Shown here piece by piece: positions 13,246-27,920 of a stretch of 64,000 nucleotides of DNA. This DNA is from Botryllus schlosseri (Eukaryota). Made by a program: the position numbers and the translations under genes. The stretch's first letter is position 1. Every line of letters begins with the position of its first letter. The stretch covers positions 13,394,001 through 13,458,000 of the forward strand of contig CM119372.1 in assembly GCA_051294905.1 (NCBI GenBank). Reading direction: 5' to 3'. Below the pieces are notes generated by a model. That model searched no databases. It was not told the origin of the DNA and saw only the letters and a list, made by a program, of their open reading frames with translations.

Positions 13246-16200
13246 GCGGGAAACAGTGCGCTATTGAAAAGATCCCCAAGAGTAACGTTTCGTCGACTGA
13301 GTACAATGAGAGTGATGTCATTCACGATATAGGTGAGGGTCGAAATATTGCGCTGTGGGTCGATAATCCAGGATATTACATCGCGCCCCAACGCCCCTAT
13401 TTCTACATCGTTGAAATCTTGGACGAAGTCGTGCATTTTCTCCAAATTAGGAAATTGTTCGTATATCCCGTTGAGTAAAGCGTCCGTCGTTGTGTTGGCG
13501 ATTTCAAGCGAAATGTGAAATATGTTGCTGATAGCAGCGAGAACATCCGGGTCATGGAGTGTCATGTTGTCTTCAGTCAACAACTCATATAAGCTCATCA
13601 CTTCGATGTATAATTCAACGTACGGATTTTCAAACAAATCCAAGTATCCGGTCAGGAATAGTCGGAGTTCAACCAAGAAGTCAGATTCGTTGGAAGCTAA
13701 AGCGCCGATTAACGGTTGAACATGCTGAAAGATGTAAATGACCTCATCCGGAACGTCTATACGACTTGAATTTATTGCAGTTAAAATGACGGTACCGATA
13801 TCTTCACCATTGGCAACACCGCTGAGTGCCAGAAGGATTGTATCAACTCGTGAAGTCACGTTACCTGGCAAACGCTGATAGAACACCATACTGAAAAATT
13901 CAATGAGATTCGTGTACTGCGATGCCGTGTTGTTATTGTTCTCCAGTATCGTGATGATAAGTCTGCTCAGCTCCGTTTCTTGTGCGTTATTTTCAAAATA
14001 TTCTTTAAAAAGTGAAGTGACGTTACTTTCATTCCAACCGGTCTCCTGCAAGTGTTCGAGCAAGCGTGCCAAGCTGATGATCTGCGGTGGAACCGTCATA
14101 TTCAAGCTGCTGAACAGAACTTCGTAGTAGAGAGTGATGTTTTGATAATACAGTGTCATGAACTTGAAAACATTTTCAATTTCATTGCTGTTGTTTGGAT
14201 ACGTTGCGAGAAAATATCCCGGAATGCATTCGAAGTATCGCTCGTATTCAGGAGACAAATCTGCGCCCTTTTCTATCATATCGTTATAGAATGCGTTTGC
14301 ATATGCCCGCGTGAGGTTAGTAGATACGCAGTAATTTGTTTCTATGCGGCGTAGAAGAATTGGTAAGGCAACGTTCATAAGGGTGGTGTCATTGGTCGAA
14401 ATCGTGTCAATTATCTTCACGGCAAATCGAAGGATAGTGTAGATTCTATTTGACGATGACATGTTTCCAATTTGCAATTCCTCCGTCACATAGATGAGGA
14501 CTTCTTTCACAGAGGTGATATTGTTCATGGATATATTATTCGCGACCTCAAGGACGTGCACCACTTCCTTTAGTATATCAATCGCATCGGATGAGATCGA
14601 TACGTTGAAATTTGACAGGATAAGATTCAAATAGTATTGTAATTCCTCGAAGTCGATGGTTTCGTTGTTGGCAAAGACATTCTGCAAGAAAATGTAAAAC
14701 TCGGTGACATTTTGTCCAGGCGTTATGTTTAATGAGTCCAAGTACATTATCGCAATGTCCAAGACAAACGGATAAACCTCGGAAAGATCTAATGTTGCGT
14801 TATTGACGATGACATCCTGTAGTATTAGATACAGCTTCGTTACATTTCCCGACGTAGTAATATTCATTGCCTCCAAATATGCGCTTGCGATGTCAATTAG
14901 AACAGGATAAACCACATTTTCGTTGTTTTTGATAGCGTGAATCAGTCGGATAACACCGCTTGCAATTGTAGTATTCAAACTGTTCAAATACGTAACGGTG
15001 ATGTTGCTAACGCCGGACATTATGTCAGTTTCGTTTTTCCACCAACTTTCTACTAACTGTGCGATTTGTTCGATTACTTCAGCCGGCACGTCAATGATGT
15101 CCAGTTCCACGATTGCATTAAAAATGATAGCAGATACATTAGCGTTGTGTGTTGAGTTACGAATTCCGCTTATGCTGCCAATTAGTTCCATCGCTACCTC
15201 GGCAATACCGGATGGCATTGTGACGTTCAGTCGATTTTCCAAAGCCTGAATGGAGTATCGTAGCACCAGAGAATAAATGTCGCTCTCGTTGCTGTTGATC
15301 GCGTTTGCCAAGTCCAGAATGAAATGCAACATCGGTTCGGGTATCGTGATGTTCGTTTGATCTTGCAGTACTGTAAGTACCCCTTTCAATATCATATTGA
15401 GATTATCCTGACTGTTATTTGTGAGTGAATTACTAATATCGACGATGATTTCGACAAGGGGATTAGAAATCGTCACATTGGCAGATTGGAGGTGGAGTGT
15501 AATTTCCGTGACAATGACCGAGTATATGTCGCTTTCGTTGTTATTGAGAGCATCTCTGATGATGGCGACTGAATTCATGACTTCGAAGACTTCTTCGGAA
15601 ATATTTACGTTCGAGTATTTTGCGAGAAGACGAATGACGTGGATGATTTCGTCGTTCGTTTGATTTTGATTACCCTTAATCGCCGCAGATAGTTCTATGA
15701 CGGATTGAATGATTTCCTTTGGAATGATATTCATGTTCTCAAGGAATGTAATGGTGATATTTACTAGAGGGCCAAAAATATCGCTTTCATTCCGATTCAT
15801 GTAATTGTCGAGCTCCTGAATCAGGTCCATCACATTTGCAGGTATAGTAACATTTATTTGCTGCAAGACAATGACGATATCGTTTAGCAGCTGTGTAGAA
15901 TTATCCGAAGTATTGTCGAAGACGTGACTCAAATTCTTAACAAACATTGCAATGTCTTCTGGTAATGATATGTTGAATTCTTCCATAAATATCATGGTGT
16001 AGTTGGCGACTTTGCTCGGAAAATAAGTCTCATTCCTCGTTATGTCAATTAGTATTTCTACGGCTATTTCGATAACGGGCGTTGAAATTGTAACATTACC
16101 CAGTTCCGCGACTGCCCGAATAGTTTCTTCAAGGACAATGAAATATATGTTGCTATCATTACTCCTGCTCGCAGCAATCAATCGTGATACCAAATGCACG

Positions 16201-19200
16201 GCGGAGTTGGGAATCGATACGATTTCTTGCTGTTCCAGAATTCTTAAAATACCGTGAAGAGTCACGGATAGAAGGTCACAATCTCCATTGCTGGCGCATT
16301 TACCGATATTTAGGGCTGCGTTCAAGAATGGATTAGATATGTTGACGTTCAGGGATTGGAGGATGATCGCTATATCTTCAATCAGAGTTTCATTAACGTT
16401 GTAGCTTTGATTAGCTGACATTGATGCTATCTGCTGCAATACTGATTGAACAGTTGTTTCGGGAATTGTCACGTTTCTCTCCTCGAGCAGTACCACAATG
16501 CCGTTAAGAATCATGGGATAGATGTCCGTGTCGTTGTCCTTGACACTGCTCAATATGCGTATTGCTGTAATCCAGATTCCCGTAAAATCCTCTGGTATTG
16601 TCTCGTTCATCTGTTTCATCAAAGTGATAATGCTACTCAACACGATGGTTGTGTTGCCGTCATATTCACTTGCAATCTTAACGATATTCGTGATGACAAT
16701 CGTGATTTCCGCTGGTACCGAAACATTGAATAGGTCCACAACCATCATTGTTTTGTTGAGCAATTGCAACGGTTCGTATGTTTTGTTAGAGGCGAGCTCT
16801 ATGAAAATTTGCTGAACGGAAGGCGGAATCGTGATATTCGTGATTTCACCCAAAATCTCTGGGAAGTGCTGTAGTACAACCACATATACGTCCGTCTCAT
16901 TTGTTCTCGCGGCCTCGACAACTCGCACAAGCATTTTCGCAATTTGAGTGTATAGGGTAACGTTGGATTGATCTTCGACGATGTCCAGTAACACTTCAAG
17001 CGCCATCGATACAATGTCACACTCGCTATCGCCACTGCAGCTGACAAACGTACGCAAGGCCTCCATTACTGGAGCCGGATTTGTCATGTTTATACTTTCG
17101 AGAATCATCTCTACTTCTTCTAGGATCGCCACATGGATGTCAGTCTCGTTTCTCAAAATTGCCGTAATAATTCGTGTTACTGACCCGACACATGATTCCG
17201 AGATTGTGATATTCATATCCTGTAGAAATCCAAGAAATTTTTCAACGACGATCACAAAACACTGTGTGTCGTTTTGTTGTATTATGCTTGAGATATCGGT
17301 GACAAATTTCAGGATCCGGGATGCATTTTCAGGCATGGTCACGTTCATCTTCTGCAGCAACATAATGACATTGCTAAATAGATCGGATGAGTTCCAACCA
17401 TTTCCGTTTGCGATATTGACAATATTTGAAATGATCGCTGTTATTTCACCTTGTGTTGACACGTTCAATTGTTGCACAATAGCTAGTGCGTGGTCGATGA
17501 ATGCGTCAGCAGTAATACCGTCGTTTTTGATGACGTCACTGACAAAATCCATGACTATTGTTCCAAGGTGAGGAGGGATTGTGACATTCACACGTTCGCC
17601 CACGACAAGTAATAAGTGGCGCAAGACCAGGGAGGATATGTCACTTTCGTTATTTCTCAGGGCATCGATTATATCCATGATGGAGTTAATAGCCTCTTCA
17701 GACATTGTGATGTTTGTTTGGTCTTGCACCAGCTTTATTGCAAATTTAAATACTTCTGAGGTAACATCACATTCGCCATTTCGGCTGCAGTTGCCGAGAG
17801 CGATAATAGTTTCCATAACTGGGCTTGGAATTGTAATATTCGCTTGCTCTTCAACAATGCTAATTAACTCTGTAATTGTGACAGAAACAATATCACACGC
17901 CTCATTTCTTGCGCACTTGCTTATCACAACCGCCATGTCCACAACAGGATTTGCAGTTGCTATTTCCATTGATTGAATAAATGTGACGACTTCTTCAATG
18001 ATTGCCGATCCGATATCGCTTTCATTGCTCTTGGTAATGTTGATAATCTGCATTGCTAAGTGAACATACTTTTCTGGCAGACTGACATTCATCTGTCTGA
18101 AAAACAGGGATGCGCTTTCGATTATTACACCATACACGTCACTGTCGTTATTGCTGATGGCAGTGATGATTTTCACGATCGAATCCACTAATTCCAAGGA
18201 ATCTTCCGGAACGGTGATGTTCATGCGTTGTGCGAGGATAAAGATGTTCCCGAAAAATTCAGTTATATTCCCACCATCGCCGCGAGCAAAGTTGATCAGG
18301 TTCACTACTATCGGAAACTCATCTTGGACAGAAATGTCAAATTGTTGTAGAAGCACAAGCGTTCGATTGACGAAGTTGCTTGCAAGGAATGTTTCGTTCG
18401 TCATGATATCGTTAACAATATCATAAATGATGTCTACGGTGGAGTTTTGGATAGTGATGTTCAAGGATACTTCTACGATCTTTACAGCGTGTTCGAAAAT
18501 CGCGGATGAGAAATCAGTCTCGTTATTTCTAAGCGCAAGTGCTAAATCTCCCAGTACTTCGGCAACTGAATCGGTTATAGTGATGTTGGTTCGCTCAACT
18601 ACGAAAGAAAGGAAACTCTCAAAAAGCACTGATCGAACCAGGCAGTCACCGGTCCTGCTGCAGTGACTCGAAGCGATAATCACTTCTATAACTGGATCAG
18701 GGATCGACATGTTTGCTGACTCAAGGAAGATCTTCACCTCGACAAAAACGTCCTGGAAGCTGCTTTCGGTACTTGTGATGGTGTTCATCAACCGCTCAAC
18801 CGATTCTGGTATGGTTGCGTTCAATTCAGTTAGCCAGGCAGTGGCCTCATTCATTATACCTGAATAAATATCGCTATCGTTATTTTTGATCACGTTGCTT
18901 ATGCTTAGGGCGATTCTCATAATTTTTATCACATTTTCCGGAAACGTTTCATTCATCTCTTGAAGGATACGTAAAACGTTGTCCCATATTTCGACAGCAC
19001 TCGAATCATTGCTTGTGGCGGCCCCGACGAGGTTTTCAATGATTTTTAAGGTGTCGTTCGGAAGAGAAACGTTGAAATATTCCAAAACGTTTGCTGTCTG
19101 ATTGATGATATCGTGTAGAGTCATCGTATCGTTTCTAACGACGCCATCAATTACGAACTCCAAAGTTTCTGCGACAATGTCAGGAATTGTGACGTTTCTG

Positions 19201-22200
19201 TATTCCTGAATAGCATTCAGTGAGTATTTCAAAATCACATGATAGACAGCTTGATCATCTTTCCTTATTGCAGAAGTTAAGTCTATCAAAAGATGAGCTA
19301 CTTCGGCAGAAATCGGTATTGATTCTTGGCCCAGAGCCAGTTGTAGTAATCCGTCGATTGTTACTGAAACCACATCGCAGTCAACAGATTCCACGCAATT
19401 TTTCACATTCACAATCACTTTCAAAACTGGTCTAGCGTTGGTTGCATTCGAATATTGAAGAACCGTGATTACATTTTCAATGATAACAGAAGGGATGTTG
19501 CTTGCGTTGTTAGTAATGGCGTCAATAACTTCTTGTATGGGTCGGACTATTTCATCAGGTATTGGGACATCGTTTTCGCGGAGTATTTCCACTGATGCTT
19601 GCAATAGCGCAGAGTAGATGTCGCTTTCGGTGTTACTGATCGAGGTTTGGATTTTACTGATGGCATTCAACATTTTCGTGAAATTTTCAGGTAAAGTTTG
19701 ATTCATTTGCTGAAGGATATGAAATACTTTGTCCAATACATCGATTGTAGTTGATTCATTATTTCCGACGGCGTCAATGAGGTTTATAAGACTGCCTGAC
19801 ATATTATTCGGAATAGTAACGTTGAAACTTTCTAAGATGTTTGCTGTTTGATTTAAAATTTCTTCCAAAGTCATGGTTTGATTTCGCCGGATTCCATCAA
19901 TTATGATCTCAATATTTTCTACAACAACTTCAGGAATCGTAACGTCTGTGTATTCCTGAATAGCGAGCAAAGAGTATTTCAATATCACTTGATGGACGGT
20001 GCTGTCATTAGCCCTTATTGCTGAAGTTAAATCTATCACCAAATTGGCAACTTCGGCAGACACGGTGATGTTTCCTTGGCTTTGGAGGACTCGAAGCAGA
20101 TTTTGGACGGTCGTCGACACAATATCGCAGTCGACATCTTGAGAGCACTTTCTTATATCGACAACCATTTCAATCACAGGTCTTGCAACTGTTACATTCG
20201 ACAGTTGGATTATCTTTATTACATTTTCTATTATGGTGTAAGGAGTACTGCTTGAGTTGTCCACGACGGCGTCAATTATCTCTTGCAATGATTGGACTAT
20301 TTCATCCTGTATCGCAATACTATTGTTACTGCTTATTCCGACCAAGGTTTGCAGTATAACTGAGGAAATGTCGCTTTCGTTAGCATTGATCGCATTGTTG
20401 ATTGTACTGATGGCATCAAATATACTTTTCAAATTGTCCGGTAATGTTTGATTCATCTGGTGAAAGATAAGTAAAGTCTTGTTCACTATTTCTTCCAACG
20501 TCATGGTTTCGTTCGTCTGTATTATATTGATGATAGTCTGAATGCTTTCTACATCAACTTCCGGAATAGTGACGTTTGTGTATTCTTGAATAGCGAGCAA
20601 AGAGTACTTCAAAATCACTCGATAAGCAGTGCTGTCATTTTTCATCATTGCAGAAGTTAAATCTATTACAAAATTGACAAGTTCAGCAGACACGGTGATG
20701 TTCCCTCGGCTTTGGAGGATCTGAAGTAGCCTTTGGACTGCCGTTGACGCAACATCGCAGTCGGCATCTTGAGAGCACTTTCTTATATCGACAATCATTT
20801 CAATCACAGGTCTTCCGACTGTCACATTCGAGAGTTGAATTATTGTTATCACATTTTCAATAATAATAGAAGGAGTGTTGCTTGAGTTTTCAACAACCGC
20901 GTCAATAATTTCTTGCACGGATCGGACTATGTCACCTGGTATCATAACATTATTGTCACCGAGTATTCCGATGACAGTTTGCAATATAACCGAGTAGATA
21001 TCGCTGCTGTTGGTATTGGTCGCACTGTTGATTGTGATGATAATATCAAAAACCTTCTTCAAATTACCCGGTAACGTTTGATTCATCTGCTGAAGAATCG
21101 GTAAAACCTTGACTAGAATTCCTTCCAAAGTCAGAGTTTCGTTTGTTTGCAACGCACTAATGATGTCCTGAACAGTTTCCGCCGTAGCGTCGGGGATTGT
21201 GACGTTTGTGTATTCCTGAATAGCGAGCAAAGAGTATTTCAATATCATTTGATAGACGGTGCTGTCATTTGCCATTATTGTTGAAGTTAAATCAATCACC
21301 AAATTGGCAACTTCGGCAGACACGGTGATGTTTCCTTGGCTTTGGAGGACTTGAAGCAGGTTTTGGACGGTCGTTGACACAACATCGCAGTCGACATCTT
21401 GAGAGCACCTTCTTATATCGACAATCATTTCAATCACAGGTCTTCCGACTGTTACATTCGAGAGTTGAATTATTGTTATCACATTTTCAATAATAATAGA
21501 AGGAGTGTTGCTTGAGTTTTCAACTACGGCGTCAATAATTTCTTGCACGGATTGGACTATATCACCTGGTATCGCAACACTATTGTCACCGAGTATTCCG
21601 ACGACAGTTTGCAATATAACCGAGTAGATATCACTGCTGTTGGTATTTGTCGCACTATTAATTGCGATGATAATACCAAAAATCCTCTTCAAATTGTCCG
21701 GGAACGTTTGATTCATTTGCTGAAGAATCGGTAAAACCTTGACCAGAATTCCTTCAAAAGTTAGAGTTTCGTTTGTTTGCATTACGCTAATGATGTCCCG
21801 AACAGTTTCTGCAACAGTGTCAGTGATTGTCACGTTAGCGTATTCCTGAATAGCGAGCAAAGAGTATTTCAAAATCACTTGATACACGGTGCTGTCATTT
21901 GCCATTATTGCTGAAGTCAAATCCATCAATAAATTGGCAACTTCGGCAGACACGGTGATGTTTCCTTGGCTTTGAAGCATTTGAAGCAGATTCTGGACTG
22001 TCGTTAACACAATATCGCAGCCGGGATCTTGAGAGCACTTGCTTATGTCGACTATCATTTCAATCACAGGTTTTGCAACTGTTACATTCGACAGTTGGAT
22101 TATCTTTATCACATTTTCTATAATGACGTAAGAAATGTTGCTCGAGTTGTCGACGACGGCGTCAATAATTTCTTGCACTGCTTGGACTATTTCATCCGGT

Positions 22201-25200
22201 ATCGAAATACCGTTGTTATTGAGAATTCCGACCGCGGTTTCCAATATAACCGAATAAATGTCACTTTCGTTAGCATTGACCATATTGTTGATTGTAATGA
22301 TGGCATCAAATATACTTATCAAATTGTCAGGTAATGTTTGATTCATCTGGTGAAAGATAGGTAAAATCTTGTTTAGTACTTCTTCCAAAGTCATGGTGTT
22401 GTTCGTTTGTATTATATTGACGATGGTCCGAATGCTTTCTACAGCAACTTCAGGAATGGTGACGTTTGTGTATTCCTGAATAGCGAGCAAAGAGTACTTC
22501 AAAATCACTTGATAAGCAGTGCTGTCATTTTTCATCATTGCGGAAGTTAAATCTATTACAAAATTGGCAACTTCGGCAGACACGGTGATGTTTCCTTGGC
22601 TTTGGAGGATCTGAATTAACATTTGGACTGTCCTGGACGTAATATCGCACTCAGGGTCTTGAGAGCAGTTTCTTATATCGACAACCATTTCAATCGCAGG
22701 TCTTGCACCTGTTACATTCGAGAGTTGAATTATTTTTATCACATTTTCGATAATAATAGAAGGAGTGTTGCTTGAGTTTTCAACTGCGGCGTCAATAATT
22801 TCTTGCAAGGATTGAACTATTTCACCTGGTATCGTTACATTATAATTGTCACCTAGTATTCCGACGGCAGTTTGTAATATAACTGAGTAGATCTCGCCGC
22901 TGTTGTTGTTGGTCGCGTTATTGATTGTAATGATAATATCAAAAACTCTTTTTAAGTTTTCCGGCAACGTTTGATTCATTTGTTGAAGAATCGGCGAAAC
23001 CTTGCCTAGAACTTCTTCCAAAGTCAAACTTTCGTTTGTTTGGATTGCACTAATGATGTCCTGGACAGTTTCTGCTGTAGCGTCGGGGATCGTGACGTTT
23101 GCGTATTCCCGAATAGCGAGCAAAGAATATTTCAAAATCACTTGATAGACGGTGCTGTCATTTGTTCTTATTGCTGAAGTCAAATCTATCAGAAGATTGG
23201 TAACTTCGGCCGAAATCTGGATGATTTCTTGCTCCTGAACTACTTTCAGTAATCCGTCAATTACTACTAGCACAACGTCGCAGTCATCTGAGTCTTCGCA
23301 ATTTCTTATATCCACAATCATTCCTATCACGGGTCTTGCAGCAGTCGCATTCGAAAATTCAAGAATCGTGATTATGTTTTCAAGAACAATGGAATTAATG
23401 TCGCTAGAGTTGTTTGCAATGGCGTCAATAATTTCTTGCGCGGAACGCACTATTTCGACGGGTATTGTAATGTTATTGTCGTTGAGTATCTCCACTGCGG
23501 CTTCGAATATCACCGAGGAGATGTCGCTGCTGTTGGTCATGACCGCGTTGGTGATTTTAACGACGATATGAAATACTTTTCCAAACTCGTCCGAGAATGT
23601 ATTGTTCATCTGCGACAGAAGTGAAGCCATATCTTGAAGGAGTTCGCCGGTAGTCTCATTCTTTTCACCAAAGTTGATAACTTTTTCAATTATGTCCCTC
23701 ATTCCAACCGGCACAGAAATATTCAACTGTTTTAAAATGATCACCGCCGTGTTGGTGACGAAGTCAACAGTAACGAAAGTCTCATTCGTCCCGATTTGAC
23801 TCATCAGTTCCACCAGGATCTCAAAAGCAAAAGTCGGGATTGTCACGTTCGTGTATTCCCCCAAGGACGAATTCAAGTGGTGAAGTATCAGTGGATATAT
23901 GCTGGTGTTACCATTTCTAATTGCGTCGACCGATTCAAGGATGAGATGAATAATCGGATCTGAGAGAGTAATGTTTGTTTGCTGTTGAAGTATCTCCCGG
24001 ATGCCACGGACAATTATGGTGGCAATCTCGCTTTCGTTGCTTCTAATAGAACTGATAGTATTCGCGATGATTTCAACGAGTGGCATGGAAATCGTTGTAT
24101 TCATGGATTTTAGTATTGTCACCAATTCGTCAGCAATGACCTCATATAAGTCGATATCGTCGCTTTTGACAGCTAGGTAAATATTCTTGATCGACTGTAC
24201 CAGTATGGTAACGTTCATATCATGCAGGAGTATAATGGCGCTATCTAAGAGCACTTCAATAGCATCAGTATCATTACTGCCAAATGCGTTGCTGATGCTG
24301 ATGATGAATTTTACGACTTCCCCGGAAACGTTGATTTGCAGTTGTTGTAATATTTCAACAATTAGAACCGGAATAGTTGCACTATCATTATTTCCAATTG
24401 CGCTTCTCAAATCAAGTATAGTTTTTATCGTTTCGTTGGATATCGCAGGATACCTGGCTTGAAGAAAAAACAATGTGATCTTGGTGACCGCCGCCTGGAT
24501 ATCGCTATCATTTTTCGAGATAGCTTCACTCAGATCAAGCAGTGCGTCTGTGACTTCGTCGGGGACGGTGAGATTGAGGTAGGTCTCAAGAATATCAGCT
24601 ACGTGCTCGATTGCAACGGCAAGGAAGTTTGTTTCTGGATCTACCAATGCCCCACTCAAGTCTATAATAAATTGTATCTTCGGATTATCGACAGTAAAGT
24701 TTATCTGCTGAAAAAGGTCAAGTGTTCTATTCAGAAGGACTAAATACAATTCCATATCTTCGAAATAGGTTGCATTCCTCCAGTCCATAACTAATTCGAT
24801 GATTTCCTTTGATAATGTCTCATTATAACGAACCATAATTTCAGATGCAGCATTCTGCAACGCGTCAGACACAGTTTCATTTTTAACGAATATATCGTCA
24901 AGAATTCCTTGAATGAAGTCCATTCCCTCTTCGGATACATTCATCTGCGACATGTTCATATACAAACGGATTGATTCCAATATTATCGGATACAGATCAG
25001 TTGCATTTCCCTGGAATATATTGTCTATTGCGTCGACGATGTTTGACAAGTCTTCTGGGAGTGTGATGTTGTTATCCTCCATATACATCTGGATAAGTGG
25101 ATAGAACCAATTAGCAGCAAGATTCGTTTCGTTGTTTTCGATGGCGTAGTGAAGGTTCCGTATAAAAGCAATTGCATCCACTGGTATTGTCACATTCATG

Positions 25201-26077
25201 TATTCTAAATAACGAACCGCGTTGGTTAACATAATTTCGAATATAACTGTGGTGTTGCTGTCACTGTATCGTATCATGCCAATTATTTCGGACACGACTG
25301 TGCGGTTATTCGATTCTAAAAATGCAACAACAACGTCAACCAAGTAAGACCGTAATTCCCCGTCGTCAAATGCTTGTTTGGCGTGGAATAGTAGTTTCAG
25401 TGCCCCGACAGCAGTGTTGCCGTCAATTGAATCCAGAATCGCTTTAGATCCGTTAATCAAGAGAGATTGCAACATATCCGTCTGGTTTGCTTGGACTGCG
25501 TCCCTGATCGCAGATATAAACTGAATGGTCTGATCGGAAATCGTCTCATTTAGAAGCGAGGGGTAGTTCAGAAGGAGCTGTTGCACAATATCGAAAATAT
25601 CAGTTTCGTTGTCACGTGAGGCCCGACACAATGTCAGTATTATATTCACCGCGCTTTCCGCGATATGGTTATAGGATATATTTTGTGATGTCAAGTATTG
25701 CTTCGTTATATCTATGACGAGATCAAAATCAATTTCTTCCAAGATTCCCGTGGTGTTGCTTGCATTGCTTTGCAGTAATTCAATGATTTTTTCTGCATTT
25801 GAGACGATTTCGTTTAGATTACTCGGCGGTGTAGCGTTAAAGATATTTAGAAGGTTTAAGATGGTTTCAGTCGTATTTGCACTGTGGAATCTGTCGTACA
25901 ACTGATGAGCAGCAGCGTCGGAAAATCTCATTACTATATCCTCTGCTTGGTTTTTCCAATCGGGGAATAGCATCTCCAGTTGGCCGACCTCCACTTGCGC
26001 CAATGAACCGAGGTTGCTGCATTGTAACTGGGACACGTAAGCGGTGGAAATACAGGATCCGAACTGAATCGTCAAAT
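13246..26077 (-). CDS. Gene A exon 2 (12,832 nt): giant N-glycosylated repeat region of a 4482-aa predicted GPI-anchored surface protein
   Basis: Uninterrupted 4309-aa ORF; acceptor gcaatttcacag|AT (phase 1, G+AT = Asp); donor CCCGC|GTGAGT, in which the ORF stop codon lies; starts DLTIQFGSCISTAY...LQC, matching gene B. Confidence 0.93.
19397..23300 (-). repeat. Coding tandem repeat in gene A, 630-bp (210-aa) unit
   Basis: Anchor GAGAGCA at 22661, 22031, 21401, 20771 and 20141 (exact 630-bp spacing); flanking units of 633 and 750 bp; each unit begins with C-x5-C. Confidence 0.95.
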
Positions 26078-26760
26078 CTGTGAAATTGCGAAACTCACTG
26101 ATCACACATCCAATTATTTTTTGTTCAGAAGAGGACAGATGTACGGCAATACGTTTAATTGTTGTACCCAATGTAGTTTCAACTTTTCAACGATTATATT
26201 ACTGCTACATTGAATTTGCTGTCGGGTTTAACAAAGTCGCACAAACTGTATTTTCAATAATAAAACTTTTGCAATTAAAATTCGTTTTCTGTGTGCGAAA
26301 GAAAAACGTTGTTCTATGGGATACATTGATAAGTTATGACATATGGAGTGTCCTTTTTATTTTAGAGATAATTCACGGTGATCATTTAAACGTGTCGATA
26401 TCAGGACATATACGCCTTGAGAAGGTATAGCAAATATTGTTACTTTACAAACTCAAATCGTGACGTGTATAACTTTAAAAAGCAAATATTGGCGGTGCGT
26501 CCTGTATGATTCATGTGATCGTCTATTGTTCCGCATTTCGTGAAAGATTTTTCAATTCAAATACATGAAAAAATGAAAAGGAGTGAAAGTTTTGTATTGG
26601 GTAAATTAATTCAACTTGCTGCAATTCGGAACCCTTGATGAATATTTGTCACTATGAATGGTGCGAGCGAAAATGTAATTTTATACTTATTCTTAATTCA
26701 GACGCGCAATAACATAATTACGACGAAAATGGATCATAATTATATAAAATAAATCGATAC

Positions 26761-26971
26761 CTTCGTTTCGTGGTAGGCTTGTTGAGTACGTCAGCTCTGT
26801 GATGAAACATGACTGGTCAGGCGATGACGGACAGGTATAGGATTCATTCCAGGCCCCAATGGGTACATTGAATAATGTGGTGTTGAGGCCACTCCGGCAC
26901 CTCTGAACTCCAGCTTCGCAACCCACAAATACCAGTAGTGATGCCACCACAACTATTAATGTGGCTTTCAT
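26761..26971 (-). CDS. Gene A exon 1: signal peptide + N-terminal part of a Ly6/uPAR three-finger-like domain
   Basis: MKATLIVVVASLLVFVGCEA signal-like sequence, then QRCRSGLNTT...WNESYTCPSSPDQSCF; donor GAAG|GTATCG (phase 1); aligns with gene B exon 1. Confidence 0.88.
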
Positions 26972-27666
26972 AATTTCCGAAATACTTTGATGTGTGGCGA
27001 TTTGACCGTGTCTCCAAATAAATAAATAAGTGTGTCTGCGAAAAAAATCGACCATGTTCTCAAGACATCTAAAGATTACAATATAACAGTGGCGGCTATA
27101 TGGCATTCATAAGGTTTGATCAAATTTTCCGTGACGCTTAATCTGTTTAAGCGATGTTTCACGGTAATGGCTCATGCCGTCTCGCATGTCTGAAGTCACT
27201 GATCACTGGAAGACGGAATGTATCAGTTACAAATTAGAAAGTGTCCTGACACGGACAATGTCTTATCTGGGGCTCAAATCGTTTTGGTAGACCATCGAAG
27301 ACTTTTCGTGTGTCACTTATCATGAGTTAAGCGCACAATTCCAAGCATATGAATTTGCATCGTTATGTCATACGTTGCCAAATTAGTCCACTTGAGCCTC
27401 TGTTTATATCAGTGGTCCTCTACCGCAGTGCCGATTGAACTGATCAGGGGTGCTGCAAGCAAATGAGGTGGATACATACACCAAAAGTTAACGACATTCA
27501 AATTGAATAATCTCCTGAAAACAATGTTCAAGTTTAGTACCGCCAGTCACCAATTTTAAAGAATATTCTGCTGCCGCATTGCATTCCTGTATTGATGCAT
27601 GTTAGGTGTTGCCTATTTCTTATCAACTCTTCATGTTGTCTTTTTGTTGGAGCTGTGATGGATGTA

Positions 27667-27920
27667 CACTCTTGTCGAAAGAGTGTGTATATCCACCCAT
27701 GTACCACCCCTGATATACGGGCGTGAATATACAGTATACAATACACCCATGGCACACGAAACCAGAACCTACCTCAGACTTATACCGCGGCATAAATCGA
27801 GTGCAACATTTTTATCCAAATTATGCATTCACGTAGGAACGTAGACAGGTATACACGTAGGCACCTAGAATTAATGACCGCGATGTAATTCTGAGTTGGA
27901 TTCTGTTTTTGCTAAGAGTG
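27667..27920. mobile_element. Short CAC...GTG-ended MITE flanked by TA
   Basis: TA|CACTCTTGTCGAAA ... TTTGCTAAGAGTG|TA imperfect TIR; related to the terminus at 11950. Confidence 0.65.

Noticed and set aside
26078..26171. N-terminal extension MGTTIKR...FRNFT of the 4309-aa ORF as the true start
   Set aside because: Begins at a non-ATG codon, has no signal peptide and lies upstream of a good acceptor; similarity to gene B begins at the acceptor, so this is intron
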